Assembly (NCBI GenBank): GCA_947632615.1
Contig: CANRPW010000006.1
Coordinates: forward strand, 11,826 to 75,825
Length of the DNA: 64,000 nucleotides
Reading direction: 5' to 3'
Origin: an uncultured Clostridia bacterium
GTDB lineage: Bacteria > Bacillota > Clostridia > Lachnospirales > CAG-274
Shown here one piece after another: positions 1-9,855 of the stretch. How positions within the stretch are numbered: position 1 is the first letter of the stretch; every line of letters begins with the position of its first letter. Made by a program: the position numbers and the translations under genes. The notes below the pieces were generated by a model, which was not told the origin of the DNA, did not search any database, and was given only the letters and a program-made list of their open reading frames with translations.

Positions 1-280
1 CAGTGGCTATAAGGCTTTTTTTGAGCTTTGAAAAGCCCATTACATAAAAACCCAGGGCAAAAACAGGTATATTTATAATGAAGAAAAGAAGCCACAGTGA
101 AAGTCTTATGCCAAATAGTCTTGAAAATGCGGCGGAAATGAGAATTGCAAGCCCCGAAGCTCCGCCTATAACAAGCCCGTGGGGGTCAAAAAACATATTT
201 ATGCTTATCCCCATAAGCAGCACGCCTAAAAGCATATAGGCTATATCTTTTTTTATTTTCAATATAAAGCCCCTCTCCAT
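1..280 (-). CDS. YitT-family integral membrane protein, 5' part only (gene runs off window start)
   Basis: My own minus-strand translation from ATG 280-278 gives MERGFILKIKKDIAYMLLGVLLMGISINMFFDPHGLVIGGASGLAILIS... It is hydrophobic and resembles YitT/DUF161 N-termini (recall). It is absent from the ORF track because it is truncated. Confidence 0.5.
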   Translation of the reverse strand, partial: MERGFILKIKKDIAYMLLGVLLMGISINMFFDPHGLVIGGASGLAILISAAFSRLFGIRLSLWLLFFIINIPVFALGFYVMGFSKLKKSLIAT

Positions 281-427
281 ATCTTTTTAATAACTTTGCC
301 CCTAAGACAGGCAAAATATTCTTTAAATAATGTTGAAAAATAATATTCGTTATGATAATATATTATTGATTTTCATAGGCGTATATGCACACCCCGTTGC
401 CCTTGCGCCTTAATAAACATTTAAGGA

Positions 428-1243
428 ATGACCATTATGTATAGGAAAGATCTTACAAACAGAAAAAGAATTGTAGTAAAAATAGGCACGACTTCTCTCA
501 CCTACCCCAACGGAAACATAAATCTCCGCCGCTTTGACAGGCTCGCCTCAGTGCTTACCGACCTTAAAAACAGCGGAAAGGATATTGTGCTTGTGTCATC
601 GGGCGCTATAGCCGTAGGGGCAAAAAGGCTGGGGCTTAAGGAGCGACCCCGTGACACCGTAGGCAAGCAGGCATCCTCCGCCGTAGGGCAGGCAATACTC
701 ATGCAGTATTATGAAAAGAGCTTTAACGAATTTAATCAGAGAGTTGCGCAGATACTTGTCACTAAAGATATTTTCGGTCACAGGCAAAAACGTACTAATG
801 TAAGAAATACATTTGAAAAGCTGTTGGAGCTGGGCGTTATACCTATAGTAAACGAAAACGACACCGTAGCAACAGACGAGTTTAATGAATTTTCTGACAA
901 CGACACACTTGCTTCTTATGTGGCTGAGCTTATAAAGAGCGACCTTCTTATAATTCTTTCGGATATAGACGGTATGTACACCGGCGACCCCAATAAAAAC
1001 GAAGAGGCTGAGCTTATAAGCATTATAGAAAATATAAATGAGGATATAATACGCCTTGCGGGCGGCTCTGCATCTTCCTTCGGCACAGGGGGAATGGCGA
1101 CCAAGGTGCAGGCGGCGTTAAGAGTAACGGCATCAAACTGCGATATGGTAATAGCAAAGGGCGACGACCCTTATGTGATATACAGCATAACCTCAGGTCA
1201 GCCTATAGGAACTCTTTTTGCAAGGAAGCGATATGATGGATAA
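428..1243 (+). CDS. proB: Glutamate 5-kinase
   Basis: 271-aa ORF with RIVVKIGTTSLT...VLVSSGAIAVG...NENDTV, typical of ProB, followed by proA. ATG 437 has better spacing from the AAGGA RBS and may be the true start. Confidence 0.9.
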   Translation: MTIMYRKDLTNRKRIVVKIGTTSLTYPNGNINLRRFDRLASVLTDLKNSGKDIVLVSSGAIAVGAKRLGLKERPRDTVGKQASSAVGQAILMQYYEKSFNEFNQRVAQILVTKDIFGHRQKRTNVRNTFEKLLELGVIPIVNENDTVATDEFNEFSDNDTLASYVAELIKSDLLIILSDIDGMYTGDPNKNEEAELISIIENINEDIIRLAGGSASSFGTGGMATKVQAALRVTASNCDMVIAKGDDPYVIYSITSGQPIGTLFARKRYDG

Positions 1244-1775
1244 AAATACGCTTCGCAAAAAAATGTCAGAAGCAAGAAAAAATATACCCGGGGAAATTCG
1301 CCGCAAAAAAAGCCTTGCCATAACGAAAAGGCTTGTTGAGAGTGATGAATATAAGACCTGCAAAAGCGTGTTTTGCTATTTAAGCTATAAAACAGAAGCC
1401 GAGACAGATGTTTTTATAAAAAAGGCATTGGAAGACGGCAAGATGGTTGCTCTCCCTTATGTGGCGGATAAGGAGAATATGTATTTTATAGAGGTAGGCA
1501 GTCTTGAGGGGCTTGTTAAAAACTCCTACGGCATATACGAACCCGCCTTTGACAAGAGCAAAATAAAAACCCCCACAAGTGACAGCCTTATAATAGTGCC
1601 GGGGCTTGCATTTACCAAGGACGGCTTCAGGCTGGGCTATGGCGGCGGCTATTATGACAGATATTTAAGTAAATACAGCGCCAAGACAATAGGCATTTGC
1701 TTTGAGGAGCAGCTTGTAGAAAGCCTGCCCTTAAGTACATTTGACAAAAGGCTTGACGGTGTTGTCTTTAAGTAA
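1233..1775 (+). CDS. 5-formyltetrahydrofolate cyclo-ligase
   Basis: The ORF contains VPGLAFTKDGFRLGYGGGYYDRYL, the MTHFS family signature. ATG 1233 follows the AAGGAAG RBS and overlaps the proB stop. Confidence 0.8.
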   Translation: MMDKNTLRKKMSEARKNIPGEIRRKKSLAITKRLVESDEYKTCKSVFCYLSYKTEAETDVFIKKALEDGKMVALPYVADKENMYFIEVGSLEGLVKNSYGIYEPAFDKSKIKTPTSDSLIIVPGLAFTKDGFRLGYGGGYYDRYLSKYSAKTIGICFEEQLVESLPLSTFDKRLDGVVFK

Positions 1776-1788
1776 AATATGAGGTGAT

Positions 1789-3042
1789 ATGATGGATCTT
1801 AATACAATAGGCAAAAGAGCAAAGGCGGCGGCAAGGGTTGCGGCATCTCTTACAACAGGTGATAAAAACGAGCTTCTCAAGGCTTTGGCAGCCTCTCTTA
1901 TAACCGAAAGTAAAAGCATACTTGCGGCAAATGCCGTTGATGTAGACAAGGCTGTAAAGGCAGGCACAAAAGCTTCTCTTGTAGACAGGCTTTCGCTTAA
2001 TAAGGATAGGATAGAAGCCATGGCGGACGGTCTTTTGCAGATATCAAAGCTGCCCGACCCGATCGGTGAAGTAATAAATATGAAGACCCTTCCCAACGGA
2101 CTTATTGTGGGAGAAAAGAGAGTGCCCATGGGCGTTGTGGGCATAATATATGAGGCGCGCCCCAACGTGACCGCAGATGCCTTCGGGCTTTGCCTTAAAT
2201 CGGGAAACGCCGTAATACTTAAAGGCGGCTCGGATGCTATAAATTCTAATATGGCTATTGTGGCAGCATTTAAAAAGACCATTGAAAAAATGGGTATAAA
2301 CTCCGACTTGGTGCAGCTTATAGAAGACACCTCAAGAGAAACGGCAACTGCCCTTATGCGCCTTAACGAATATATTGACGTTTTGATACCGAGAGGCGGC
2401 GGCGGACTTATAAGGTCGGTGGTTGAAAATTCCACCGTGCCCGTTATAGAAACAGGCGTAGGCAACTGCCACATATACATTGACGACACCGCCGACAAGC
2501 AAATGGGTATAGACATAATAATAAATGCCAAAACCCAGCGCCCGGGAGTATGCAATGCAGCGGAAACACTGCTTGTAAGCGAAAAAGCAGCTAAAGCTTT
2601 CCTCCCCGATGCCATAAAAGCCCTTAAGGCTAAAAATGTTGAAATAAGGGGCTGTGAAAAGACTGTCAATATCTGCCCCGATATGGGTATAAGACCCGCA
2701 ACGGAAGAGGATTATTATACGGAATTTCTTGACTACATTTTAGCCGTAAAGGTCGTCGGAAATGTAGACGAAGCAATAGAGCATATAGCAAAATATTCTA
2801 CAGGACATTCTGAGGCAATAGTTACGGAAAGCTATACCAATGCCATGAAATTCTTAAATGAGGTAGACTCTGCCGCAGTATATGTAAACGCTTCAACACG
2901 TTTTACAGACGGCAATGAGTTTGGCTTTGGAGCAGAAATAGGCATATCTACACAAAAGCTCCACGCAAGAGGCCCTATGGGGCTAAAGGCACTTACAACA
3001 TCTAAATTTATAATATACGGAAACGGTCAGATAAGAGGTTGA
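1789..3042 (+). CDS. proA: Gamma-glutamyl phosphate reductase
   Basis: 417 aa with [33 protein letters not shown] and TGHSEAIVT, matching ProA aldehyde dehydrogenase family motifs. Adjacent to proB. Confidence 0.92.
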   Translation: MMDLNTIGKRAKAAARVAASLTTGDKNELLKALAASLITESKSILAANAVDVDKAVKAGTKASLVDRLSLNKDRIEAMADGLLQISKLPDPIGEVINMKTLPNGLIVGEKRVPMGVVGIIYEARPNVTADAFGLCLKSGNAVILKGGSDAINSNMAIVAAFKKTIEKMGINSDLVQLIEDTSRETATALMRLNEYIDVLIPRGGGGLIRSVVENSTVPVIETGVGNCHIYIDDTADKQMGIDIIINAKTQRPGVCNAAETLLVSEKAAKAFLPDAIKALKAKNVEIRGCEKTVNICPDMGIRPATEEDYYTEFLDYILAVKVVGNVDEAIEHIAKYSTGHSEAIVTESYTNAMKFLNEVDSAAVYVNASTRFTDGNEFGFGAEIGISTQKLHARGPMGLKALTTSKFIIYGNGQIRG

Positions 3043-3197
3043 TTTCAACCTCTTGGTTGAAATCAACCTGCCGCCCCGCGCAAGCCGAAGCCCAAACCGT
3101 CAAAGACGGTTTGGGCTTCGGCTTGCGCGGGACGGGTCGGGGCGAGAACAAGGCGGGGAGGGCAAAGCCCTCCCCGCCTTGTTCTCGCCCCGACCCG
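3036..3197. repeat. GC-rich hairpin array A1 (3 abutting perfect hairpins) between convergent proA and GH28
   Basis: Hand-complemented stems: 3036-3050/3055-3069 (15 bp, loop tctt, left arm includes the proA stop); 3075-3101/3105-3131 (27 bp, loop aaa); 3133-3163/3167-3197 (31 bp, loop aaa). Confidence 0.9.
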
Positions 3198-3209
3198 GGC
3201 AGATATTTA

Positions 3210-4580
3210 TTAATAATTTTCGTCGTGCATAGGAAAGACCTGTACGTTCTTTTCCTTTATATTTTCGGTGTTTTTATATATCTTGTCTGTACTTCTTGCG
3301 GCAATTCTTATGTTTTTAAGATTGATGTCGTGTATAGGCTTTTCTTTAAGTCCTGTTATTGACAGAGGAATTGTGCAGTGTGTACAGGTAACGTCCTCTA
3401 TAGTAACATTTCTGAACTCGGGATATTCCTCGGGAGCAACTGTCTGTCCCTCGTGAGAGTCTATATCATAACCTGTTGTAAATACTATTGCCTCGTTTGG
3501 AATGTGCATCATATTTATGTCGTGGATGTAAATGTCTTCAATAACGCCGCCTCTGCCTATGCAGCTTTTAAGCTTTATGCCGCAGTCGGTAGTTATGAAG
3601 GTACATTCGGCTATTTCTATGTCGTGAAGTCCGCCGCTCATTTCGCTGCCAAGCACGAAGCCGCCGTGTCCGTGGTATACTGTGCAGTTGAAAACGTATA
3701 CGTTGTATGTAGACATACCTCTTTCACGTCCCTCGGCATTTTTGCCTGACTTCATACAAATTCCGTCGTCGCCTACGTCGAAGGATGAGTTGAGTATTTT
3801 TACATTATGGCAGCAGTCAATGTCTATGCCGTCAGAATTCTGAGCTGTGTCGGAGTTGTTTACCTTTATGTCGGAAACCGTTATGTTGCTGCACATAAAT
3901 GGGTGAATACTCCATGCGGGTGAATTTTTAAACATAACATGATCCAGAAGAATGTTATGGCAGTCTTCAAAATATACTAAGCAGGGTCTTAAAAATTCAC
4001 GGTATTCATAGCAAAGGTCGTAGTCCTTTATGTTTGCGCTGTAGGAGCTTAAAAGCTCATAGCCCCTCATGGCATTGTATGAGGGCCACCATGTTTCTTC
4101 ATGGCCGTTAAGTACATTTATAGAGCCGCCTGATGAAATAAGCTTCTTCCAACGTCTTTCGGTGACTTTAAACTTCTTTACCGGGCGCCAGGGGTCGCCT
4201 GTGCCGTTTATAACGCCCTTGCCTGTTATGGCGATGTTATGTGCACCCTTTGCGCTTATAGGCGACATACAGCGGTAAGCCATGCTTCCCTCATAGTTGA
4301 CCATTACAAGAGGATAGTCGTCTACGTTTGATGAGAAAAGCAAAACAGCGCCTGCCTCTAAATGAAGATTTACATAATCCTTAAGGACTATAGGCCCTGT
4401 GAGGAAAATTCCTCTGGGTACGGTGACCATACCGCCGCCGTTTTCCGAGCAATATGTAATAGCTTCGTTGATCGCCTTAGTATTGTCTGTAAAGCCATCG
4501 CCCACTGCGCCAAATTCTCTTACGGAATATATAGTATCTTTAAATTCGGGTACTTTTACGTCAAATTTGAGATATTTCAT
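3210..4580 (-). CDS. Glycoside hydrolase family 28 (polygalacturonase-like)
   Basis: 456 aa with NSDGIDIDCCHNV, GDDGICMKSG, HGHGGFVLGSE and CGIKLKS, the GH28 NTDG/DD/GHG/RIK-type motif series. No signal peptide is evident. Confidence 0.8.
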   Translation of the reverse strand: MKYLKFDVKVPEFKDTIYSVREFGAVGDGFTDNTKAINEAITYCSENGGGMVTVPRGIFLTGPIVLKDYVNLHLEAGAVLLFSSNVDDYPLVMVNYEGSMAYRCMSPISAKGAHNIAITGKGVINGTGDPWRPVKKFKVTERRWKKLISSGGSINVLNGHEETWWPSYNAMRGYELLSSYSANIKDYDLCYEYREFLRPCLVYFEDCHNILLDHVMFKNSPAWSIHPFMCSNITVSDIKVNNSDTAQNSDGIDIDCCHNVKILNSSFDVGDDGICMKSGKNAEGRERGMSTYNVYVFNCTVYHGHGGFVLGSEMSGGLHDIEIAECTFITTDCGIKLKSCIGRGGVIEDIYIHDINMMHIPNEAIVFTTGYDIDSHEGQTVAPEEYPEFRNVTIEDVTCTHCTIPLSITGLKEKPIHDINLKNIRIAARSTDKIYKNTENIKEKNVQVFPMHDENY

Positions 4581-4745
4581 ATTTTTCCCTCCAAATAATA
4601 CTGCATACTATATCTATTTTAATATAAAAAAGCAAATAAAACAATAGTTTTTAACATAAAAATTAAAATATTTCATAGGCGTAGTCTATCAGGCAATATT
4701 TTTAACAAATGCAGTTAAATAGATATGTAAAATAATTAAAATAAA

Positions 4746-4774
4746 TTGAATTATGGTTTTGAATATGTTAAAAT
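4746..4774 (+). promoter_or_regulatory. Candidate sigma-A promoter for mgtE (TTGAAT-17-TGtTAAAAT)
   Basis: TTGAAT at 4746-4751, a 17-nt spacer ending in TG, and TAAAAT at 4769-4774. This would give a leader of about 155 nt before ATG 4936. Confidence 0.4.
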
Positions 4775-4935
4775 AGTTGTATAAATTTATTCATAAAGGA
4801 AGTGAAAACAGAGTGGACGGTCGAAGTCAGAACGCCGAAACAGAATATAACATAGGTAGTGACCCTCGCCGTGCAGCCTTTGTTTTTTAATTCTGCTTTC
4901 GGAAGCAAAATTTTTTGAAAGGAGAATATTTTTTT

Positions 4936-6288
4936 ATGGATAACACGGACTTCAAGACTTTACTCGACCTTGTTTATGACAAGAAATTTGCCGTGCTTAA
5001 GGCTACCTTGTCGGATATGAACGAGGCGGATATTGCAGATTTTCTATGTGAAGCAGATGACAGAGATGAAAACGTGCTGCTTCTTTTCAGAATGCTTGGC
5101 AAGGATATTTCAGCGGACGTATTTGCAAGGCTGCCGGCTGATATACAACAGACCATAATAAGTGGCATATCGGATAAGGAAGTCGGAAACATCATAGAAG
5201 ACCTCTTTGTGGACGATGCCGTTGATATGATAGAAGAAATGCCTGCTATCATAGTTAAAAGAGTGCTTAAAAATGCCAGACCCGAAACGAGAGAGCTTAT
5301 AAACCGCATACTTAAATATCCCGAGAACAGTGCGGGAAGCATTATGACGGTGGAGTATATAGCTCTTAAAAAGAATATGACGGTGGAGGAAGCCATAGAT
5401 TATATACGCCGTAACGCCGTTGATAAAGAAACCATTTACGACTGCTTTGTTACCGACAGTACAAGGGTACTTCAGGGCGTTGTTTCCTTCAGAAGCATTA
5501 TACTTTCGGGCAGCAGAACCCTCATAGGGGATATAATGGAGAAAAACATAATCTCTGCCACTACCACCGATGACAGAGAGGATGTAGTTGATGCTTTCAG
5601 CAAATACGACCTTATTTCAATGCCTGTTGTTGATAAGGAAAACAGGCTTGTGGGCATCATAACCGTAGACGATGCAGTTGACGTAATGGAAGAAGAGGCA
5701 ACGGAGGACTTTGAAAAGATGGCAGGTATGCTGCCAAGCGAAAAGCCCTACCTTTCTACGGGAGTATTTAAGCTGGCATCAAACAGAATACCTTGGCTGT
5801 TGTTCCTTATGGTGAGCAGCATGCTTACGGGGGGAATACTTGCAAAGTATGAAAACGCCATAGCCGTTCTGCCCGTGCTGGTCACATTTATACCCATGCT
5901 TACAGACACAGGGGGTAATGCAGGCAGTCAGAGCAGCACAATGATAATAAGAGGTATGGCAGTAGGCGACATAGAGATAACAGACATTTTCAAAGTATTG
6001 TGGAAGGAGCTCAGGGTGGCTATTATATGCGGCGTGGCACTTGCGGCAGTAAACTGCCTTCGTCTTGCCTTATTTAATACAGGCGACTTTTCGGTGATTA
6101 TGACTATTACATTCAGTCTTATAGCAACCGTAATCACCGCCAAAACCATAGGCGGGCTTTTACCCATAGCGGCAAATGCGCTTAAGCTGGACCCTGCAAT
6201 TATGGCAGCTCCCCTTATAACCACCATTGTAGACGCTGTGAGTCTTATTATTTATTTTACACTTGCATCTCATCTTTTGGGAATTTAA
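4936..6288 (+). CDS. mgtE: Magnesium transporter MgtE
   Basis: N-terminal MgtE_N domain, tandem CBS region and a C-terminal TM domain with PMLTDTGGNAGSQSS and AAPLITTIVD. ATG 4936 follows the AAGGAGA RBS; the ORF-track start 4915 is a TTG. Confidence 0.9.
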   Translation: MDNTDFKTLLDLVYDKKFAVLKATLSDMNEADIADFLCEADDRDENVLLLFRMLGKDISADVFARLPADIQQTIISGISDKEVGNIIEDLFVDDAVDMIEEMPAIIVKRVLKNARPETRELINRILKYPENSAGSIMTVEYIALKKNMTVEEAIDYIRRNAVDKETIYDCFVTDSTRVLQGVVSFRSIILSGSRTLIGDIMEKNIISATTTDDREDVVDAFSKYDLISMPVVDKENRLVGIITVDDAVDVMEEEATEDFEKMAGMLPSEKPYLSTGVFKLASNRIPWLLFLMVSSMLTGGILAKYENAIAVLPVLVTFIPMLTDTGGNAGSQSSTMIIRGMAVGDIEITDIFKVLWKELRVAIICGVALAAVNCLRLALFNTGDFSVIMTITFSLIATVITAKTIGGLLPIAANALKLDPAIMAAPLITTIVDAVSLIIYFTLASHLLGI

Positions 6289-6303
6289 AAAGAGGTGAAA
6301 AGA

Positions 6304-8214
6304 ATGTACGATTTTATAGACAGCACAAATTATGATATGAGATATTTAAGGCTTCTGGCGGAAAAATATCCTACCATACAGGACGTATGCACCGAAATAA
6401 TCAATTATGAGGCTCTTTTAAATCTGCCAAAGGGCACGGAGCATTTTATGTCGGACCTTCACGGAGAATATGAGGCATTCTTTCACATATTGAACAACTG
6501 CTCCGGGGTTATAAGAGAAAAGGTGGAGCTTTTATTTAAAGACAGCCTTGCAAATGAAGAGATATCTGATCTTTGCACTCTTATATATTACCCCACCGAC
6601 AAGCTGAAGCTGGTTAAATCAGCAGGCAAAGCCACCCCCGAATGGTATCTGTTTACACTAAGGCATCTTATAGAGCTTGCAAAGTTTTTATCGTCGAAAT
6701 ATACAAGGGCAAGGGTGAGAAAGTCTATGCCCGAGGCTTATGCCTACATAATGGATGAGCTGCTTCACGCTCAGCCCGACGAAGACAACAATCAGGTGGT
6801 TTATCACAACAAAATTATAGAAACCCTCATTTCTCTTGACAACGGCGATGATTTTATAAGGGCGCTTGCCGATCTTATAAAGTTTCTCTCAGTTGACAGA
6901 CTCCACATAGTAGGCGACATATTCGACAGAGGCGCAAGACCCGACTCTATTATGGATATGCTTATGACCTACCATTCTCTCGATATAGAATGGGGCAACC
7001 ACGACATATTATGGATGGGCGCGGCGGCAGGCTGTGCGGCTTGTGTAGCCACTGTTGTAAGAAACAGCCTTTCCTACAACAATATGGACGTGCTTGAAAA
7101 GGGCTATGGCATAAGCTTAAGGCCTCTGACAATATTTGCAGAGCATACATACCCAAAATATGACAATCTTGCGGAGGCGGCGAAGGTAGCCATATCTATA
7201 ATACTTTTTAAGTTGGAGGGACAAATAATAAAGCGCCACCCCGACTACAACATGGACTCCCGTATACTTCTTGAAAACATAGATTTTGAAAAGGGCACGG
7301 TGGTGTCTGAAGGAAAGACATATAAGCTGAACGACATACCTCTTACAACGGTTTCTCCCGAAGCCCCCTTAGAGCTTACGGACGAGGAGCAGGATGTAAT
7401 AGACGGCTTGGTGTCTGCCTTCAGAGAAAGCGAGCGCCTGCACAGGCACATACAATTTCTCTATGACAAGGGCGGAATTTATAAAATATATAACGGAAAC
7501 CTCCTCTATCACGGCTGCATCCCCCTTGACAACGACGGTAATTTTAAAAGAGTGAAATTTAACGGCAGACCCTATTGGGGCAAGCTGTATATGGACTATG
7601 CCGACCACACGGCAAGACGTGCCTACATAAAGGGAGAGCAAAACGACTTAGACTTTATGTGGTATCTTTGGACAGGCAGAAGATCCCCTCTTTGCGGCAG
7701 GATAATAAAAACCTTTGAGCGTATGATGATAGAAGACAATGCCTCCTGGAAAGAGCCCCAGGACAACTATTATACATATTACAGAAGCGAAGCCGTATGT
7801 AATATGATACTCCGTGAGTTTGGGCTGTTTGAAGCCACCTCTCATATTATAAACGGTCATACACCCATAAAGGTAATAAAGGGAGAAAGCCCCATAAAGG
7901 GTGACGGAAAGCTTATAATTATAGACGGCGGCTTTTGCCGTGCATATCAGAAAACCACGGGTATCGCCGGATATACGCTTATATTCAACTCTCACGGTAT
8001 GAGGCTTAAATCTCACCGCCCATTTAAAAGCCGCCAGTCGGCAATAACGGAAAACACAGATATAGACTCAGTATCGGAGAGAATAGAAACAATCAACCAC
8101 CGTGTTATGATAAGGGATACGGATAGGGGCATAAAAATACGCCGTCAGATATCCGAGCTTTCGGCTCTGCTGGCTGCTTACAGGCAGGGCACTATCGTTC
8201 CTAAATTCAGATAA
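6304..8214 (+). CDS. fbp: Fructose-1,6-bisphosphatase class 3
   Basis: About 636 aa with YLRLLAEKYPTIQ...LNLPKGTEHFMSDLHGEY...HIVGDIFDRG...WGNHD, the Firmicute class III FBPase pattern. ATG 6304 follows the AGAGGTG RBS. Confidence 0.9.
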   Translation: MYDFIDSTNYDMRYLRLLAEKYPTIQDVCTEIINYEALLNLPKGTEHFMSDLHGEYEAFFHILNNCSGVIREKVELLFKDSLANEEISDLCTLIYYPTDKLKLVKSAGKATPEWYLFTLRHLIELAKFLSSKYTRARVRKSMPEAYAYIMDELLHAQPDEDNNQVVYHNKIIETLISLDNGDDFIRALADLIKFLSVDRLHIVGDIFDRGARPDSIMDMLMTYHSLDIEWGNHDILWMGAAAGCAACVATVVRNSLSYNNMDVLEKGYGISLRPLTIFAEHTYPKYDNLAEAAKVAISIILFKLEGQIIKRHPDYNMDSRILLENIDFEKGTVVSEGKTYKLNDIPLTTVSPEAPLELTDEEQDVIDGLVSAFRESERLHRHIQFLYDKGGIYKIYNGNLLYHGCIPLDNDGNFKRVKFNGRPYWGKLYMDYADHTARRAYIKGEQNDLDFMWYLWTGRRSPLCGRIIKTFERMMIEDNASWKEPQDNYYTYYRSEAVCNMILREFGLFEATSHIINGHTPIKVIKGESPIKGDGKLIIIDGGFCRAYQKTTGIAGYTLIFNSHGMRLKSHRPFKSRQSAITENTDIDSVSERIETINHRVMIRDTDRGIKIRRQISELSALLAAYRQGTIVPKFR

Positions 8215-8224
8215 AAATTTGGCA

Positions 8225-8458
8225 CGCCGTTCTTACTCGATCAAAGATCGAGTGCGAACGGCGACCAGCGGGGGCAAAAGGGGCGGCTTCGCCGCCCTTT
8301 TGCCCCCGCTGTTTGGCGCGCCGCCCGGCTTCCATCGAAGATGGAAGCCGGGCGGCGACCGTCGGGGCGAGGCGAGGGGAAAAAGCAAGGCAGGGACAAG
8401 CAAGCTTGTCCCTGCCTTGCTTTTTCCCCTCGCCTCGCCCCTAAAGACAGTGGCTGTC
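8225..8458. repeat. GC-rich hairpin array A2 (4 large + 1 small hairpin) between convergent fbp and permease gene
   Basis: 8225-8242/8246-8263 (18 bp, one mismatch plus one G-T, loop aaa); 8266-8311 (21 bp plus 1-nt bulge, loop ttc); 8319-8336/8340-8357 (18 bp perfect, loop gaa); 8364-8401/8404-8441 (38 bp perfect); 8446-8458 (gacag tgg ctgtc). Confidence 0.9.
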
Positions 8459-8538
8459 AGGTAAAGCTTCGTCAGACTTGAATGGTTCACAAAAAAGACG
8501 GTGAAAATCACATATTTACACCGTCTTGATTTTATGTA

Positions 8539-9678
8539 TTATAAGCTCGAAATAATGAAATAAATGCAAAGCAGCACTGCAAGAAAAATTATGTTTGATA
8601 TTGTGAAGTAAATTATATATTTACCTCTCAGAGATTTTCTTTTATGCCCTATGAACTTGAATGAAATGAGGCTTGCCATAGAGGCTATAAGCGTTCCAAG
8701 TCCGCCAAGATTTACGCCTATTATAAGGGGCTTAAAATTGTCTGTAAAGCCAGATAGCAGAAGCGCAGCGGGGACATTGCTTATTATCTGGCTTGAAAGT
8801 ATGGCGGTTATACATTCTCTGCCTGAGATAACACTCTCTAAAAAATTGCTGAAAAGAGATATACGCCCCATATTGCCTATAAATATGAAAAACGCAACAA
8901 AGGTGGCTAAAAGCGCATAGTCTATTTTTAAAATAATCCCCCTGTCAGCTAAACATACCAATATTATAACGGCTAAAAGCGTAACTCTGTAGTCGACAAA
9001 CCTGCCTACAGTAAAAAGGCATATTAAAAAGGCTATAACAAAAATTGCTATTTTCTTTTTTTCTCCAAGCTCCTTTGCACTGTCAAGCTTTATTTTTATG
9101 CTGCCTTGGTTTTTATGGCACAGTGTCCACAGACCAAGCATTATAAAGGCAGCAGCGACATAGGGCAGCATAAGCCCTAAAAAATCGTCTATGCCCAAGC
9201 CCGATATGCTTTGCAGATAAAGGTTTTGAGGATTGCCTATGGGAGTGAGCATACTGCCTAAATTTGCAGCGATTGTCTGCATTGACACCACGGTGACTGT
9301 CAGGTAGGAATATTCATCATCAAGCATTGTGAATACAGTGAATGTGAAAGGCACAAAGGTTATAAGAGCCACATCATTTGTTATAAACATACTCGAGAAA
9401 AAGCACAGCATTATAAGTATAAATATAAGCCCTCTTATGCCCCTTACTCTTTTAAGCATCTTCTTTGCCATAAGGTCGAATACACCCGTTTTGTGAAGCC
9501 CTGCCATAACCGTCATAAGGCAGAACAAAAGGGAGAGCGTTCTGAAATCTATATATTCTATATATTTAAGGTCCGGTTTTACAAAAAAAGCGGATATTAC
9601 GGCAAGCACAGCCGCAACAGTTAATACCGTTTCGTTTTTTACAAAGAAACGCAGTTTTTTCATAGGTTTAGCTTTCAT
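8539..9678 (-). CDS. Anion permease, ArsB/NhaD (YbiR/citrate-transporter-like) superfamily
   Basis: 379-aa polytopic membrane protein containing TPIGNPQNLYL, a motif I associate with the YbiR/ArsB-NhaD permease fold. The substrate is unknown. Confidence 0.6.
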   Translation of the reverse strand: MKAKPMKKLRFFVKNETVLTVAAVLAVISAFFVKPDLKYIEYIDFRTLSLLFCLMTVMAGLHKTGVFDLMAKKMLKRVRGIRGLIFILIMLCFFSSMFITNDVALITFVPFTFTVFTMLDDEYSYLTVTVVSMQTIAANLGSMLTPIGNPQNLYLQSISGLGIDDFLGLMLPYVAAAFIMLGLWTLCHKNQGSIKIKLDSAKELGEKKKIAIFVIAFLICLFTVGRFVDYRVTLLAVIILVCLADRGIILKIDYALLATFVAFFIFIGNMGRISLFSNFLESVISGRECITAILSSQIISNVPAALLLSGFTDNFKPLIIGVNLGGLGTLIASMASLISFKFIGHKRKSLRGKYIIYFTISNIIFLAVLLCIYFIISSL

Positions 9679-9855
9679 TCTTATTCCTCAATTCATATAA
9701 AAATCTAATAAATTATACCACGGCTAAACTGCAAATTCAACCTCTGACATAAATATTGAATATTAGTGACATATTTTTGCCGTTTGTTGACATCGGGGCG
9801 CAAAAATATTATAATTAAAATAATAAAAAACCGCAAAAAATGGGGGAGAGAGGGT

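Noticed and set aside
1731-2669. Long antisense ORFs opposite well-supported genes: 1731-2669 opposite proA, 27605-28168 opposite the cysteine desulfurase gene, 57165-57911 opposite prfC, 44152-44703 and 44555-45088 opposite gerW and its neighbour, 21584-22132 and 21759-22217 opposite xylB and the hypothetical gene downstream of it, 36805-37320 opposite rnhB, yraN and the pgeF start, 40692-41090 opposite gpsA.
   Set aside because: They have no RBS, low-complexity or Ser/Ala-rich composition and no family resemblance. Each fully overlaps a gene with clear motifs. They are typical shadow ORFs.
3039-3362. ORF-track proteins lying inside or reading through the hairpin arrays. These are 3039-3362, 8219-8464, 8233-8511, 15175-15489, 15342-15608, 15391-15690, 15522-15920, 15526-15798, 15560-16024, 32735-32971, 32981-33289, 38082-38276, 41135-41368, 41235-41480, 41252-41434 and 53161-53811.
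   Set aside because: They are Arg/Gly/Pro/Ala-rich translations of GC-rich palindromes. They appear on both strands with mirror-image sequences, lack RBSs, and stop once the palindromes end. They are artefacts of stop-codon-poor GC-rich DNA.
4781-4935. Calling the mgtE leader an M-box riboswitch.
   Set aside because: I could not find the conserved M-box core sequences by eye. I report it only as an unassigned leader, and it needs cmsearch.
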